Below, one piece after another: positions 37,054 through 45,245 of a stretch of 58,005 nucleotides of DNA. Position 1 is the first letter of the stretch, and every line of letters starts with the position of its first letter. Origin of the DNA: an uncultured Oscillospiraceae bacterium (lineage in GTDB: Bacteria; Bacillota; Clostridia; Saccharofermentanales; UBA5734); contig CAZZGG010000001.1 in NCBI GenBank assembly GCA_964654125.1, positions 16,821 through 74,825 on the forward strand. Direction: 5' to 3'. The notes below the pieces were generated by a model. The model ran no database searches. It worked only from the letters and a program-made list of their open reading frames with translations, and was not told the DNA's origin. Made by a program: the position numbers and the translations under genes.

Positions 37054-38358
37054 TCAGAGCTGGCCGAGCAAGGCCCCTTGCTCCAAACGGATGCCCAGTT
37101 GGATGGCCTTGGCGATAACCGGCCAGAAGACCTTAAAATCCTCATCTGCTTGCAGCTGGCGCAGCCAGCCGGCATAGACCTTGCTGATGGGCTGGGCCAG
37201 GCCGGTCTGGTTAACCAGGTCGGACTGATCCATATGCCAAGGGGTCAGGTCAGGAAAAAAGCTTTTAGCCAGGCGGTTGAAACTTAAAAAACCGCCCAGA
37301 TCGATATCGCCCCAAAAATAAATCTGAGCTGCCTGGGTCTGGCCCTGGCGGGCCTTTTGTAAAAGCTGGAAAAACTCACCTTTTTGCGGGCTGAAACAGC
37401 CCCCGTGATGGATCAGCAGCATATCCTGCCAGTCTTCATTTTGGCTACGCCGCTGGGCCAGCCAGGTGAAATTGAGCTGGTTTTCCACCAAAAATATGCG
37501 TCTGATCTGGTCTGGCAGAACCAGCTCCAGACCCGGCAGTTCTGTCACACTCATGCTGGCACAAGTGAGGAAAAAGCCCAGGTCGAGCTGTAGATTCTGA
37601 CGCGCCAGCAGCAGGGGGCCGGAAAACTGCAAGATCTCATCTTGCCGGCTGGCACCTGCCAGGCTGAGCAGCTCATCGTCGGAAAGATCCAATTCAGCCG
37701 CAATTGCGAAAGGATAGGCTAGAAGATGGGGCAGGAGATAGTCGCGTAAGACATGGCTGAGATGAGGGCGCACATCCTCTTTGTAAACCTTGTCATCAAT
37801 AAAAAACTGCTGGCTGAAGCTGCGTTCATAAGGACGCTCAGGGCTGATTTTGGCCAGCTCAGCCAGGGCCTGTAGAAGTAGAAGGGCCTGTTTTTGCTGG
37901 AGAGGCAAGGGTGCTGCCAGCTGGTTTTCTGTTTCGATCACCCCGGCTGCCTCAAGCAGGAAGGACCGGATCCAATTAGGTAAGCCGGACTCCTGCTGCA
38001 AAAGCTGCTTGATCTGAGCCAGGACAGGGGCAGCCTGTTTTGCCGGGGCCAGCAAGTTGACCCGCTGGTAAGCAGCCTCAATCCGGTCCAGATTAAGCCA
38101 GACCCGCTGGACCAGCTTTGGTGTCTGGCTGCGCACAAAAACAAAGTCCAGTAAAGCGGCTTCCTTTAACTCTTCCAGGAGTTCGTGGATTTTGGCTTTC
38201 TGGCTGGGGTCAGGCAGATTGTAAGCTAGAAAATCACCATTTTGCAAGCTGAGCTGGACCCGGCGCCGGCCGGTTGAGGCTGGCAGGTTCAGTTGAATTG
38301 CTTCGTATTTGGCCAATAGCTGGCTGAGCAGTTGTCTTTCCCAGATTGTTTTCATCAT
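37054..38358 (-). CDS. JetD-like protein (DUF3322-type N-terminal domain plus DUF2220/Toprim-like C-terminal domain), orphan
   Basis: 434 aa. C-terminal Toprim signature: acidic E in IFLVENQLNF and DxD in IYFWGDIDLGGFLSFNRL, as in Wadjet JetD / topo VI-A-like domains. GGGGGA RBS. 31 bp downstream of the MFS gene. Confidence 0.6.
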   Translation of the reverse strand: MMKTIWERQLLSQLLAKYEAIQLNLPASTGRRRVQLSLQNGDFLAYNLPDPSQKAKIHELLEELKEAALLDFVFVRSQTPKLVQRVWLNLDRIEAAYQRVNLLAPAKQAAPVLAQIKQLLQQESGLPNWIRSFLLEAAGVIETENQLAAPLPLQQKQALLLLQALAELAKISPERPYERSFSQQFFIDDKVYKEDVRPHLSHVLRDYLLPHLLAYPFAIAAELDLSDDELLSLAGASRQDEILQFSGPLLLARQNLQLDLGFFLTCASMSVTELPGLELVLPDQIRRIFLVENQLNFTWLAQRRSQNEDWQDMLLIHHGGCFSPQKGEFFQLLQKARQGQTQAAQIYFWGDIDLGGFLSFNRLAKSFFPDLTPWHMDQSDLVNQTGLAQPISKVYAGWLRQLQADEDFKVFWPVIAKAIQLGIRLEQGALLGQL

Positions 38359-38389
38359 AAATCCCCCTGCTCATAATCTAACACAAGTA

Positions 38390-39637
38390 CTAATGAATGT
38401 CCTGTTCATGCCGCTGGCTGCCCTTTTGGGCGTAAAAACGCCAGAATGCCGTAACCAGCCCAACTAGAGCCGCACTGAGCCAAAGCAACATGACCCGGTC
38501 CCAGGGATAGTTGTCCGTGATCCAACCGGAGGCAAAACTGGCAAAAGCCGCTCCCAGGTAAATGAAGAAGTCGATCAAGCCGGTTGTCATGGCAACCCGC
38601 TTGAACTGGGCATACTGGAAGGGGATGATGGAGGTGAAGATCGGGGTCAGCCCGTAGGTCAAGGAGAGCAGGGCGAACATTAAGATCATGATCAGCCAGA
38701 ACCAATCCAGATGGAGCAGATTTATCAACAAGGCTGCCGCAGTGACGATGGAAAAAATCACCAGCACAGTGCGGATCGTGTCATTGGCCAGATAACGGTT
38801 GACTCGCCTGATAAAGACAACTCCGGCAAAATTAATCAGGGGCACAATGATCAGGATGAGGACAGGGGAGCTGGAGCTGAAGCGGCCGGAAGAATCAATA
38901 ATGGTGGGAAACCAGATATTGATTCCTTCGCGGATCAGGCCCTGGGTCAGGGCGATCAGGAGCAGGCCGGGCAGCCGGATCAGGCGGATATACTGCCACA
39001 TACTGAGTTGATCTGTGACTTCTTCTTTTTGCCGGGCTGGCTTGGCCTGGTCAATCGGCTGATTCTGGAAGAAAAAGAGCAAAAGCAGTAAAAAGACAAG
39101 TACCACAGCAGCCGGCACCAAAAAAGCCCAGGCCCAACCCAGCTGGGTGGCCAGTAAAGACGAAGAGCTCCAGGAAATGATATAGGCAAAAATGATGGCT
39201 ATGGAAATAAAATAGGAAACACTGCTGAGCTGCCGGGCCGGATACCAGACAGAGATGGTTTTCATGAGTGGGGCCCAGAGCAGGGACTGGGCCAGGCCAT
39301 TGATAGTCCAGCACAAGGCCAGGATGGCAAAAGAAGGGGATAGGGCTACGCCGATGTTACACAGGGCTGAAACAAAAAGGCCGCTGATAATCAGGCCCTT
39401 AGCCGGTAGTTTGTCGCCCAGGTAGCCGCTGATCAGCTGGCCGAACATGTAAGTTGTGAAAAAGAGGCTGGTCACCAGCCCCATCTGGGTGTAAGAAAAA
39501 CCCCTGCTTGCCACGATGGCTGGTATTACAACAGCGATGTTGACCCGTAAAGTGTTGGCCAGGCCGTAGGCGATTGAACTGAGATACTTGATCCTCTTTT
39601 GACCGGCTGCCTGGGTCAGACCTTTTACTTTTGCCAT
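38390..39637 (-). CDS. MFS transporter
   Basis: 415 aa with about 12 TM segments. Overlaps the end of the upstream fusion gene by 13 bp. Confidence 0.85.
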   Translation of the reverse strand: MAKVKGLTQAAGQKRIKYLSSIAYGLANTLRVNIAVVIPAIVASRGFSYTQMGLVTSLFFTTYMFGQLISGYLGDKLPAKGLIISGLFVSALCNIGVALSPSFAILALCWTINGLAQSLLWAPLMKTISVWYPARQLSSVSYFISIAIIFAYIISWSSSSLLATQLGWAWAFLVPAAVVLVFLLLLLFFFQNQPIDQAKPARQKEEVTDQLSMWQYIRLIRLPGLLLIALTQGLIREGINIWFPTIIDSSGRFSSSSPVLILIIVPLINFAGVVFIRRVNRYLANDTIRTVLVIFSIVTAAALLINLLHLDWFWLIMILMFALLSLTYGLTPIFTSIIPFQYAQFKRVAMTTGLIDFFIYLGAAFASFASGWITDNYPWDRVMLLWLSAALVGLVTAFWRFYAQKGSQRHEQDIH

Positions 39638-41496
39638 TCTTTTTTTCCCTGTTCCTCTAAATCAATTATGCAGCAGGCCAGCTGACGCCTGTTATAGGTG
39701 TAGGCCACATATAGTTTGCCAGCAGCTACCAGGGCTGCCGGATAGGAATACTCTGCATCCCCTTGGTTTTGTGGATCAACAGGGCAGCCCTCCAGGGTCA
39801 GATAATGGGTGAAACTGAGGCCATTATCATCCGATGTCCAGATAACAAGCGGATTGCGACTGGCCCAGTTGCCCTGGACCGGGTTAAAGACCAGATAGAG
39901 ACGGCCGCCCTGTTGGACAATTTCAATGCCGCTATTGTTGCTGGGCAGGCCGGTCCGGTAAGCCCGGCACCAGGTCTGGCCATAATCATCTGAATCTGAG
40001 CGGAAGATCCAGCCCGCTGTGGTGCGCAAAAGCAGGTGGACCCGGCCCGGGCTACTCTCCCATAAAACAGGCTGGATGGCACCCTTGCCCGCCAGATAAT
40101 CCGGTCCGGCCGGATCCTGGCTGTTGTGGGGTATTTTGGCCAGACAGGCAAAAGTCTTGCCACCATCTTGAGAAACATCGACCTGGGCCTGCCAGCTGGT
40201 TTTGCTTTCTGTTGAATTACCGGCCAGAAGCAAACCATTAGAGAGCCTGAGCGGTTTACTGCGCACAGGGCCCAGGGCCTGATCATGGCCAGGCAAGGGG
40301 ACAGGTGAGGACCAGGATAGACCAGCATCTGCTGAACTAATCGACCAGCTCTGCCAGTCAGTGATGCGCGGCCCTTTTTTAAAAATCAAGCGGACAGTGC
40401 TGCCGTCCAGGAAAAGGACCGGGTTCCAGTGCGCTGTCTGGTCCACTTTGGCGATCCGGACCGGAACCTGCCAGCTGCCCTGCTTAAAACGCGACAGCCA
40501 GATTGCTAGATCAGGCTGGCCTTCAGCTGTGCCGGCAAAATAGGCCACCAGAATGGTGCCGTCAGGCAGGGGCAAGATGGTGGCTGCATGGCAGCTGGGG
40601 AAATGAGCTCCTGCAGCAAAGATTAACTGCCGCTGTGGAAAAAGGTCAGCCCGGCTCCTTTGCAGGACAGCCTGGCTGGCCAGGGCATCCAGCTGTCTTT
40701 TTTCTGCTGCACATAAGTGGCTGGCAGCCGGATCAAGAGTCTGACTGCTGTTGATAAGCCCTTGCCGCTCCAGCAGGTATTTTTGCCGTGCCGGATAATC
40801 TCCAGCCGCATACGGTGCCGCCAGGGCAATAAAACGAGCAAACTCTTCAGCCCTGCGCCGGTCGTGGGGTAAAAAATCTCCATCGTCTTGCAGATAGCGC
40901 TGCAGGACTAAAAAGACTTGCGGCATAAAGCCAAACAAGCTGCCGCAGTAACCGGCGGCGCCAGCCAGGTGGCTCTCCAGCAAGCTGGCGCCATCAGTAT
41001 TGTAAAAGGTGAGGCCTTCTTTATGACACTGGTCCAGCAATTCAGGTCCAGTGGGCTGGCTGTAATCGGCCAGGACAAAACTAAAAGAGCCGCCTGACGC
41101 CAGCTGCCTTAGTCTAGCAGGCATTAGCGGCTCTTCAGGTCTGGCAACAAGACCAAGCCTGGTCTGGGCCGGCAGTTTTTCTGCTAACCTGCTAGTGGCC
41201 TGGCCCACTGGTAAAATCAAGCCATCAGGCTGGAGCCGGGCCAGGTCAAGCCTGGCCGCTCCAGTCAGAAAAAAGCATGTTTTATGGGCAGTGCGGCAAA
41301 GCCGCAGGCAATATGTGGCTACTTCCAGCTGCAGGTCCGGCACCAGCCAAGCCAGTTCGCCTGCTTGCCAATCCAGCAAAATACCGCTGGCTCCGTGCCG
41401 GAAATAGTAGGTAAGCAGGCGGTCCAGGGCAGGATAATCGATCTGCCCCTCCCTGGATAAAGGCAGGACAAGAGTCGGCAAAAACTGCGCTGACAT
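39625..41496 (-). CDS. Fusion protein: DapA/NanA-like TIM-barrel domain (apparently degenerate) plus BNR sialidase-fold domain
   Basis: 623 aa. The N-terminal ~290 aa has a DHDPS-like layout (IDYPALDRLLTYYFRHGASGILL). The C-terminal half has FPSCHAATILPLPDGTILVAYFAG and Asp-boxes SADAGLSWS, SQDGGKTF, SDDYGQTW and SDDNGLSF. No signal peptide. Confidence 0.7.
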   Translation of the reverse strand: MSAQFLPTLVLPLSREGQIDYPALDRLLTYYFRHGASGILLDWQAGELAWLVPDLQLEVATYCLRLCRTAHKTCFFLTGAARLDLARLQPDGLILPVGQATSRLAEKLPAQTRLGLVARPEEPLMPARLRQLASGGSFSFVLADYSQPTGPELLDQCHKEGLTFYNTDGASLLESHLAGAAGYCGSLFGFMPQVFLVLQRYLQDDGDFLPHDRRRAEEFARFIALAAPYAAGDYPARQKYLLERQGLINSSQTLDPAASHLCAAEKRQLDALASQAVLQRSRADLFPQRQLIFAAGAHFPSCHAATILPLPDGTILVAYFAGTAEGQPDLAIWLSRFKQGSWQVPVRIAKVDQTAHWNPVLFLDGSTVRLIFKKGPRITDWQSWSISSADAGLSWSSPVPLPGHDQALGPVRSKPLRLSNGLLLAGNSTESKTSWQAQVDVSQDGGKTFACLAKIPHNSQDPAGPDYLAGKGAIQPVLWESSPGRVHLLLRTTAGWIFRSDSDDYGQTWCRAYRTGLPSNNSGIEIVQQGGRLYLVFNPVQGNWASRNPLVIWTSDDNGLSFTHYLTLEGCPVDPQNQGDAEYSYPAALVAAGKLYVAYTYNRRQLACCIIDLEEQGKKEWQK

Positions 41497-41508
41497 CCCC
41501 TTAATCCG

Positions 41509-42258
41509 TCAAGCCTGGTTTTTTTGTGCTTCAGTCAGCTGGCCGGCTGAAGCCTCGTCCAGATACAAGGTCACATCAGCATGTGTTTTCAAGATGGTGG
41601 CCGGGATCAGGTTGGAGACCGGATTATTCAATGTTCTGGCTACAGCCTTGGCCTTGACAGCATGAGGCACACAGGAAATGATGGTCTTGCATTTGAGGAT
41701 CTGCTTGACCGACATAGAGATGGCCTGGGCAGGCACCGCGTCGAGGTCGGGGAACCAGCCTTCACCTACCTGCTGGTTTTTACAGTCGTCATCCAGATCA
41801 ACAATGATATAGGGTTCTTCTGTATCAAAGTCTGCCGGTGGATCATTAAAGGCTACATGGGCGTTTTCGCCGATGCCGATCAGGCCCAGATCAATCGGAG
41901 CTGCAGTGACTGCTGCATTAAGGCCGGCGATTGTCTTTTCAAGATCACCTTCACCATCAACCAGATGGACAGCCTTCAAGTTGGTTTTGGAGATAAAACG
42001 TTCCTGCAGATAACGCCGGAAACTGGCCGGATGACTGGTGGGCAGGCCGATATACTCATCCAGGTGGAAAAGCTCCACGCGGCTGAAATCAAGGTCGGAA
42101 GCCAAAAGGGCCTGCAGGGTTTCGAACTGGGACATGCCGGTTGATAAAATCAGCCGGGCACTGCCTCGCTCGGCAATAGCTTTTTTAAGAACTGCGGCAG
42201 CCTGGTCAGCTGCAGCCTGGCCCAGGGCAACAGGGTCTTTGAGAACTCTAATACGCAT
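41509..42258 (-). CDS. Glucosamine-6-phosphate deaminase/isomerase-family protein (NagB-like)
   Basis: 249 aa. LILSTGMSQ, FHLDEYIGL and LGLIGIGENAHVAFNDP match the NagB/6-phosphogluconolactonase family. Confidence 0.8.
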   Translation of the reverse strand: MRIRVLKDPVALGQAAADQAAAVLKKAIAERGSARLILSTGMSQFETLQALLASDLDFSRVELFHLDEYIGLPTSHPASFRRYLQERFISKTNLKAVHLVDGEGDLEKTIAGLNAAVTAAPIDLGLIGIGENAHVAFNDPPADFDTEEPYIIVDLDDDCKNQQVGEGWFPDLDAVPAQAISMSVKQILKCKTIISCVPHAVKAKAVARTLNNPVSNLIPATILKTHADVTLYLDEASAGQLTEAQKNQA

Positions 42259-42334
42259 ATGATCCTCCTAAAAATGTATGATGGTACTGCCTTAAACTAT
42301 ATAGCTAAATCAGGTATTTGACAACTGAGCCGGC

Positions 42335-42364
42335 TTGACATGTTAAACTCTTTAACAATATAAT
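42335..42364 (+). promoter_or_regulatory. Sigma-70-type promoter (TTGACA-18-TATAAT) with an embedded palindrome GTTAAAcTcTTTAAC
   Basis: TTGACA at 42335-42340 and TATAAT at 42359-42364. A 6+6 inverted repeat at 42342-42356 lies in the spacer and is a candidate ROK/NagC-type operator. The element is 49 bp upstream of ATG 42413. Confidence 0.5.
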
Positions 42365-42412
42365 CTGATTGCTAGTTGCTTAAGCTTTCTTAGTTGGAAA
42401 GGTGGTTTTTTT

Positions 42413-43222
42413 ATGCTGGAGATAATTGAAGCCCTTGCTCCGGTCCGGCCCAGGCCCAGGGCGATCTTGTTTGATTTTGATGGCACCTTGTCGACCTTGC
42501 GCAGTGGCTGGGAAGAGGTTATGGCCGAGCTGATGGAAGATAGCCTGCTGCCACTGGTCGAGCCGGAAAAAAGACCAGCCTTGGCGGGGCAGATCGCTGA
42601 TTACATTGCCGAATCTACCGGTATCCAGACCATCTTCCAGATGCAGTGGCTGGCTGACCAGGTGGCGGGCCTGGGCCAGAGCCCACTTGATCCCTGGGAT
42701 TATAAGGCTGAATACAACACCCGCCTGATGGCCAAGGTCGGCCTGCGCCGTGCGGCTGTCCAGTCCGGCCAGGCCCTGGCAGCTGATTACCTGATTGGCG
42801 GCAGCCAGGAGTTTTTAACAGAGCTGACCCGCCAGGGACTGGACCTTTATGTGGCCAGCGGCACAGATGAAGCAGATGTCAAGCAAGAGGCCAAAATTTT
42901 AGGCCTGGCCCATTATTTTGCAGCTCTAGCAGGAGCCCCGCCGGGAGTGGCTAGCTGCAGCAAGGAGCTGGTCCTGGAACGCCTGGTCAAAGAAAGCGGC
43001 CATCAGGGTCAGGAAATAGTTGTGATCGGTGATGGCAAGGTGGAAATAGAGCTGGCCCGCCGGGCCGGCAGCCTGGCCCTGGGCCTGGCTACACATGATA
43101 CTGGCCAGGCAGGTGTCAACCAGGCCAAACGCCAGCGCCTGATTAAAGCTGGCGCCCATGCCCTGGCCAGTGATTTTAAAAATAAGACAGAGCTGCTGAC
43201 CTGGCTGCTGCTAGATAATTAG
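42413..43222 (+). CDS. HAD-family hydrolase (phosphatase-like)
   Basis: 269 aa. Motif I ILFDFDGTLS, VASGTDE and IGDGKVE. Confidence 0.75.
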   Translation: MLEIIEALAPVRPRPRAILFDFDGTLSTLRSGWEEVMAELMEDSLLPLVEPEKRPALAGQIADYIAESTGIQTIFQMQWLADQVAGLGQSPLDPWDYKAEYNTRLMAKVGLRRAAVQSGQALAADYLIGGSQEFLTELTRQGLDLYVASGTDEADVKQEAKILGLAHYFAALAGAPPGVASCSKELVLERLVKESGHQGQEIVVIGDGKVEIELARRAGSLALGLATHDTGQAGVNQAKRQRLIKAGAHALASDFKNKTELLTWLLLDN

Positions 43223-43233
43223 GAGAGAAGAAG

Positions 43234-44187
43234 ATGACTAAGCTAGATTTTAAGCAAATCACAACCTATTCTCTGGCCAAACGGCATAACCTGGTCAGCC
43301 TGGCCAATCTGGCCCGGCCTGGCCAGTATCAGGGACCGGACTGGACCAGTGACCAGTTTATAGACCTGCTGGAGCGGCTCAAACAAGCCCGCCAGAAGGG
43401 ACGGGCTATCATCTGGTCGCTGGGAGCCCATGTCATAAAAAATGGCCTGTCCCTTTATTTGATTGAGCTGATGCGGCAGGGCTGGATCACCCATCTGGCC
43501 GGTAATGGCGCTGTCAGCATCCATGACTTTGAACTGGCCCTGGCCGGCGGCACTTCAGAGGATGTGCCGACAGCCATTGAGGATGGCAGCTTCGGGATGT
43601 GGGAGGAAACAGGCCGCTATATGAATGAAGCCATCCAGCAGGGCTGGGCACAAGGGCTAGGCTATGGTGAGGCGATAGCTGCCTATATGGCAAAAAGGCC
43701 GGAGCTTTTCCCTCATAAGGAAATCAGTGTGCTCTACCAGGCCAGCCAGCTCGGTGTTGGCACATCCCTCCATATCGCTCTGGGTACTGATATCATCCAC
43801 CAGCACCCGACAGTTGATTTTGCTGCCATTGGCGGGGCCAGCGGACTTGATTTTAAAAAAATGTGTTCTGCTGTGGCAGATCTGGAGGGCGGTGTCTTTC
43901 TTAATTTCGGTTCCAGTGTGATCGGGCCGGAGGTTTTCTTAAAGGCTCTTTCCATTGTGCGCAATCTGGGTCTTGAGGTCTTTGCTTTTACGACAGCCAA
44001 TTTTGATCTGGTTGAACTGGGTGATTACAAGGGCAAGATCGGTTATGATGACCCGCTCTACTATTACAGGCCACGCAAAAATATCGTCAACCGGCCGGTC
44101 AGCCGTGGTGGCAGGGGTTACCACTTCACAGTTGACCACCAGGTGTCGATCCCGCAGCTTTATCAGGGCTTGCTGGGGGAGGCATGA
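43234..44187 (+). CDS. Hypothetical protein, distantly deoxyhypusine-synthase-like
   Basis: 317 aa. SLGAHVIKNGLSLYLIELMRQGWITHLAGNGAVSIHDFELA and GVFLNFGSSVIGPEVFLKAL loosely parallel the DHS-family NAD-binding blocks. This is a weak, by-eye resemblance. Confidence 0.35.
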   Translation: MTKLDFKQITTYSLAKRHNLVSLANLARPGQYQGPDWTSDQFIDLLERLKQARQKGRAIIWSLGAHVIKNGLSLYLIELMRQGWITHLAGNGAVSIHDFELALAGGTSEDVPTAIEDGSFGMWEETGRYMNEAIQQGWAQGLGYGEAIAAYMAKRPELFPHKEISVLYQASQLGVGTSLHIALGTDIIHQHPTVDFAAIGGASGLDFKKMCSAVADLEGGVFLNFGSSVIGPEVFLKALSIVRNLGLEVFAFTTANFDLVELGDYKGKIGYDDPLYYYRPRKNIVNRPVSRGGRGYHFTVDHQVSIPQLYQGLLGEA

Positions 44188-45245
44188 AGATGGCTGTAGT
44201 GCTTAAAACAATAACTCCGCCCCGGCCGGACCGGCTGAAGCAGATACTGGCCGGCCTGGCCCGAGTGCGGGCCGGCCTGGCTGGTGACCTGGCTCTGGAT
44301 GCCTACTGGCATGCTGATCTGACCAAATCTGAACTCTCATTGGAAACACCGCATTTTCCCTTGCCGGTAGTGCAGGAAAGTTATGCTCCCGGAGCTGGTG
44401 GCAATGTGGCGGCCAATCTGGCCGCCCTAGGGCTTAAGTCAGTTGCTGCGGCAGGTGTGATAGGCCAGGACTGGCGCGGCCGCCTGCTGGCAGAAGAGCT
44501 TTTTGCCAGAAACATTGCTATTGACGGCTTGATCAAGTCTGATGACAGAGTCACCAATGCCTATATCAAGCCCTACCGGCGCGGTTTTGCTGATCTGGAA
44601 TATGAAGACCCGCGGCTTGATTTTACTAATCACAGTTCCCAGTCGGAGCTGCTGGACCAGGTCCTGGCCAGGCAGCTGACAGCTCTGGCCAGGCACCTGG
44701 ATGTGCTTTGCCTCAGCGACCAGTTCCAATATGGCTGCCTGGGTCCTGCTGTGCAAAAGGCAGCCCTGGAACTGGCCCGTCAGGGTCTGCTCGTCCTGGT
44801 TGACAGCCGCTACCGCATCGGGATGTATCCAGGCTGCCTGCTCAAACCCAATGCAGCTGAATGCGCCCAGGCCCTGGGTAAGGACATGAACACAGAAAAT
44901 GCTGGCCTGGAGCAGCTGGCCGGTCTGGCCTTGGAGCTGGCCGCAAAGACCACTTCCACTGTCTGTCTGACGGCAGGTGCCAGAGGCTGTTTTCTGACCG
45001 GCCCTGACCAGGGAGCAGTCAGTCACGTGCCGGTTTTCCCGGTCCAGCCCCCGCTTGATATCTGTGGGGCCGGTGACAGCTTTATGGCTACTTTTGCCGC
45101 CTGCCTGGGAGCAGGTGCGACCAAAGCCGAAGCGGCTTTTTTGGCTAATGCCGCTGCCGCTGTGACCGTAAAAAAACTGAAGCAAACAGGTACAGCCAGC
45201 CTCAGGGAGATTCAGGCTGTTTTGCACGAAAACGGCCATGTCTAG
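44184..45245 (+). CDS. PfkB-family sugar(-phosphate) kinase, HldA/RfaE-domain-I-like
   Basis: 353 aa. GDLALDAYWHADL...ETPHFPLPVV...APGAGGNVAANLAALG parallels the heptose-7-phosphate kinase N-terminus. PfkB signature DICGAGDSFMATFAA. ATGA overlap with the upstream gene. Confidence 0.7.
   Translation: MKMAVVLKTITPPRPDRLKQILAGLARVRAGLAGDLALDAYWHADLTKSELSLETPHFPLPVVQESYAPGAGGNVAANLAALGLKSVAAAGVIGQDWRGRLLAEELFARNIAIDGLIKSDDRVTNAYIKPYRRGFADLEYEDPRLDFTNHSSQSELLDQVLARQLTALARHLDVLCLSDQFQYGCLGPAVQKAALELARQGLLVLVDSRYRIGMYPGCLLKPNAAECAQALGKDMNTENAGLEQLAGLALELAAKTTSTVCLTAGARGCFLTGPDQGAVSHVPVFPVQPPLDICGAGDSFMATFAACLGAGATKAEAAFLANAAAAVTVKKLKQTGTASLREIQAVLHENGHV

Noticed and set aside
33067-38358. Interpreting the unknown block as a Wadjet (JetABCD) system
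   Set aside because: No SMC-like ATPase (JetC), kleisin-like (JetA) or JetB-like protein is present. The four plus-strand proteins are too small and lack Walker motifs. Only the JetD-like component is supported.
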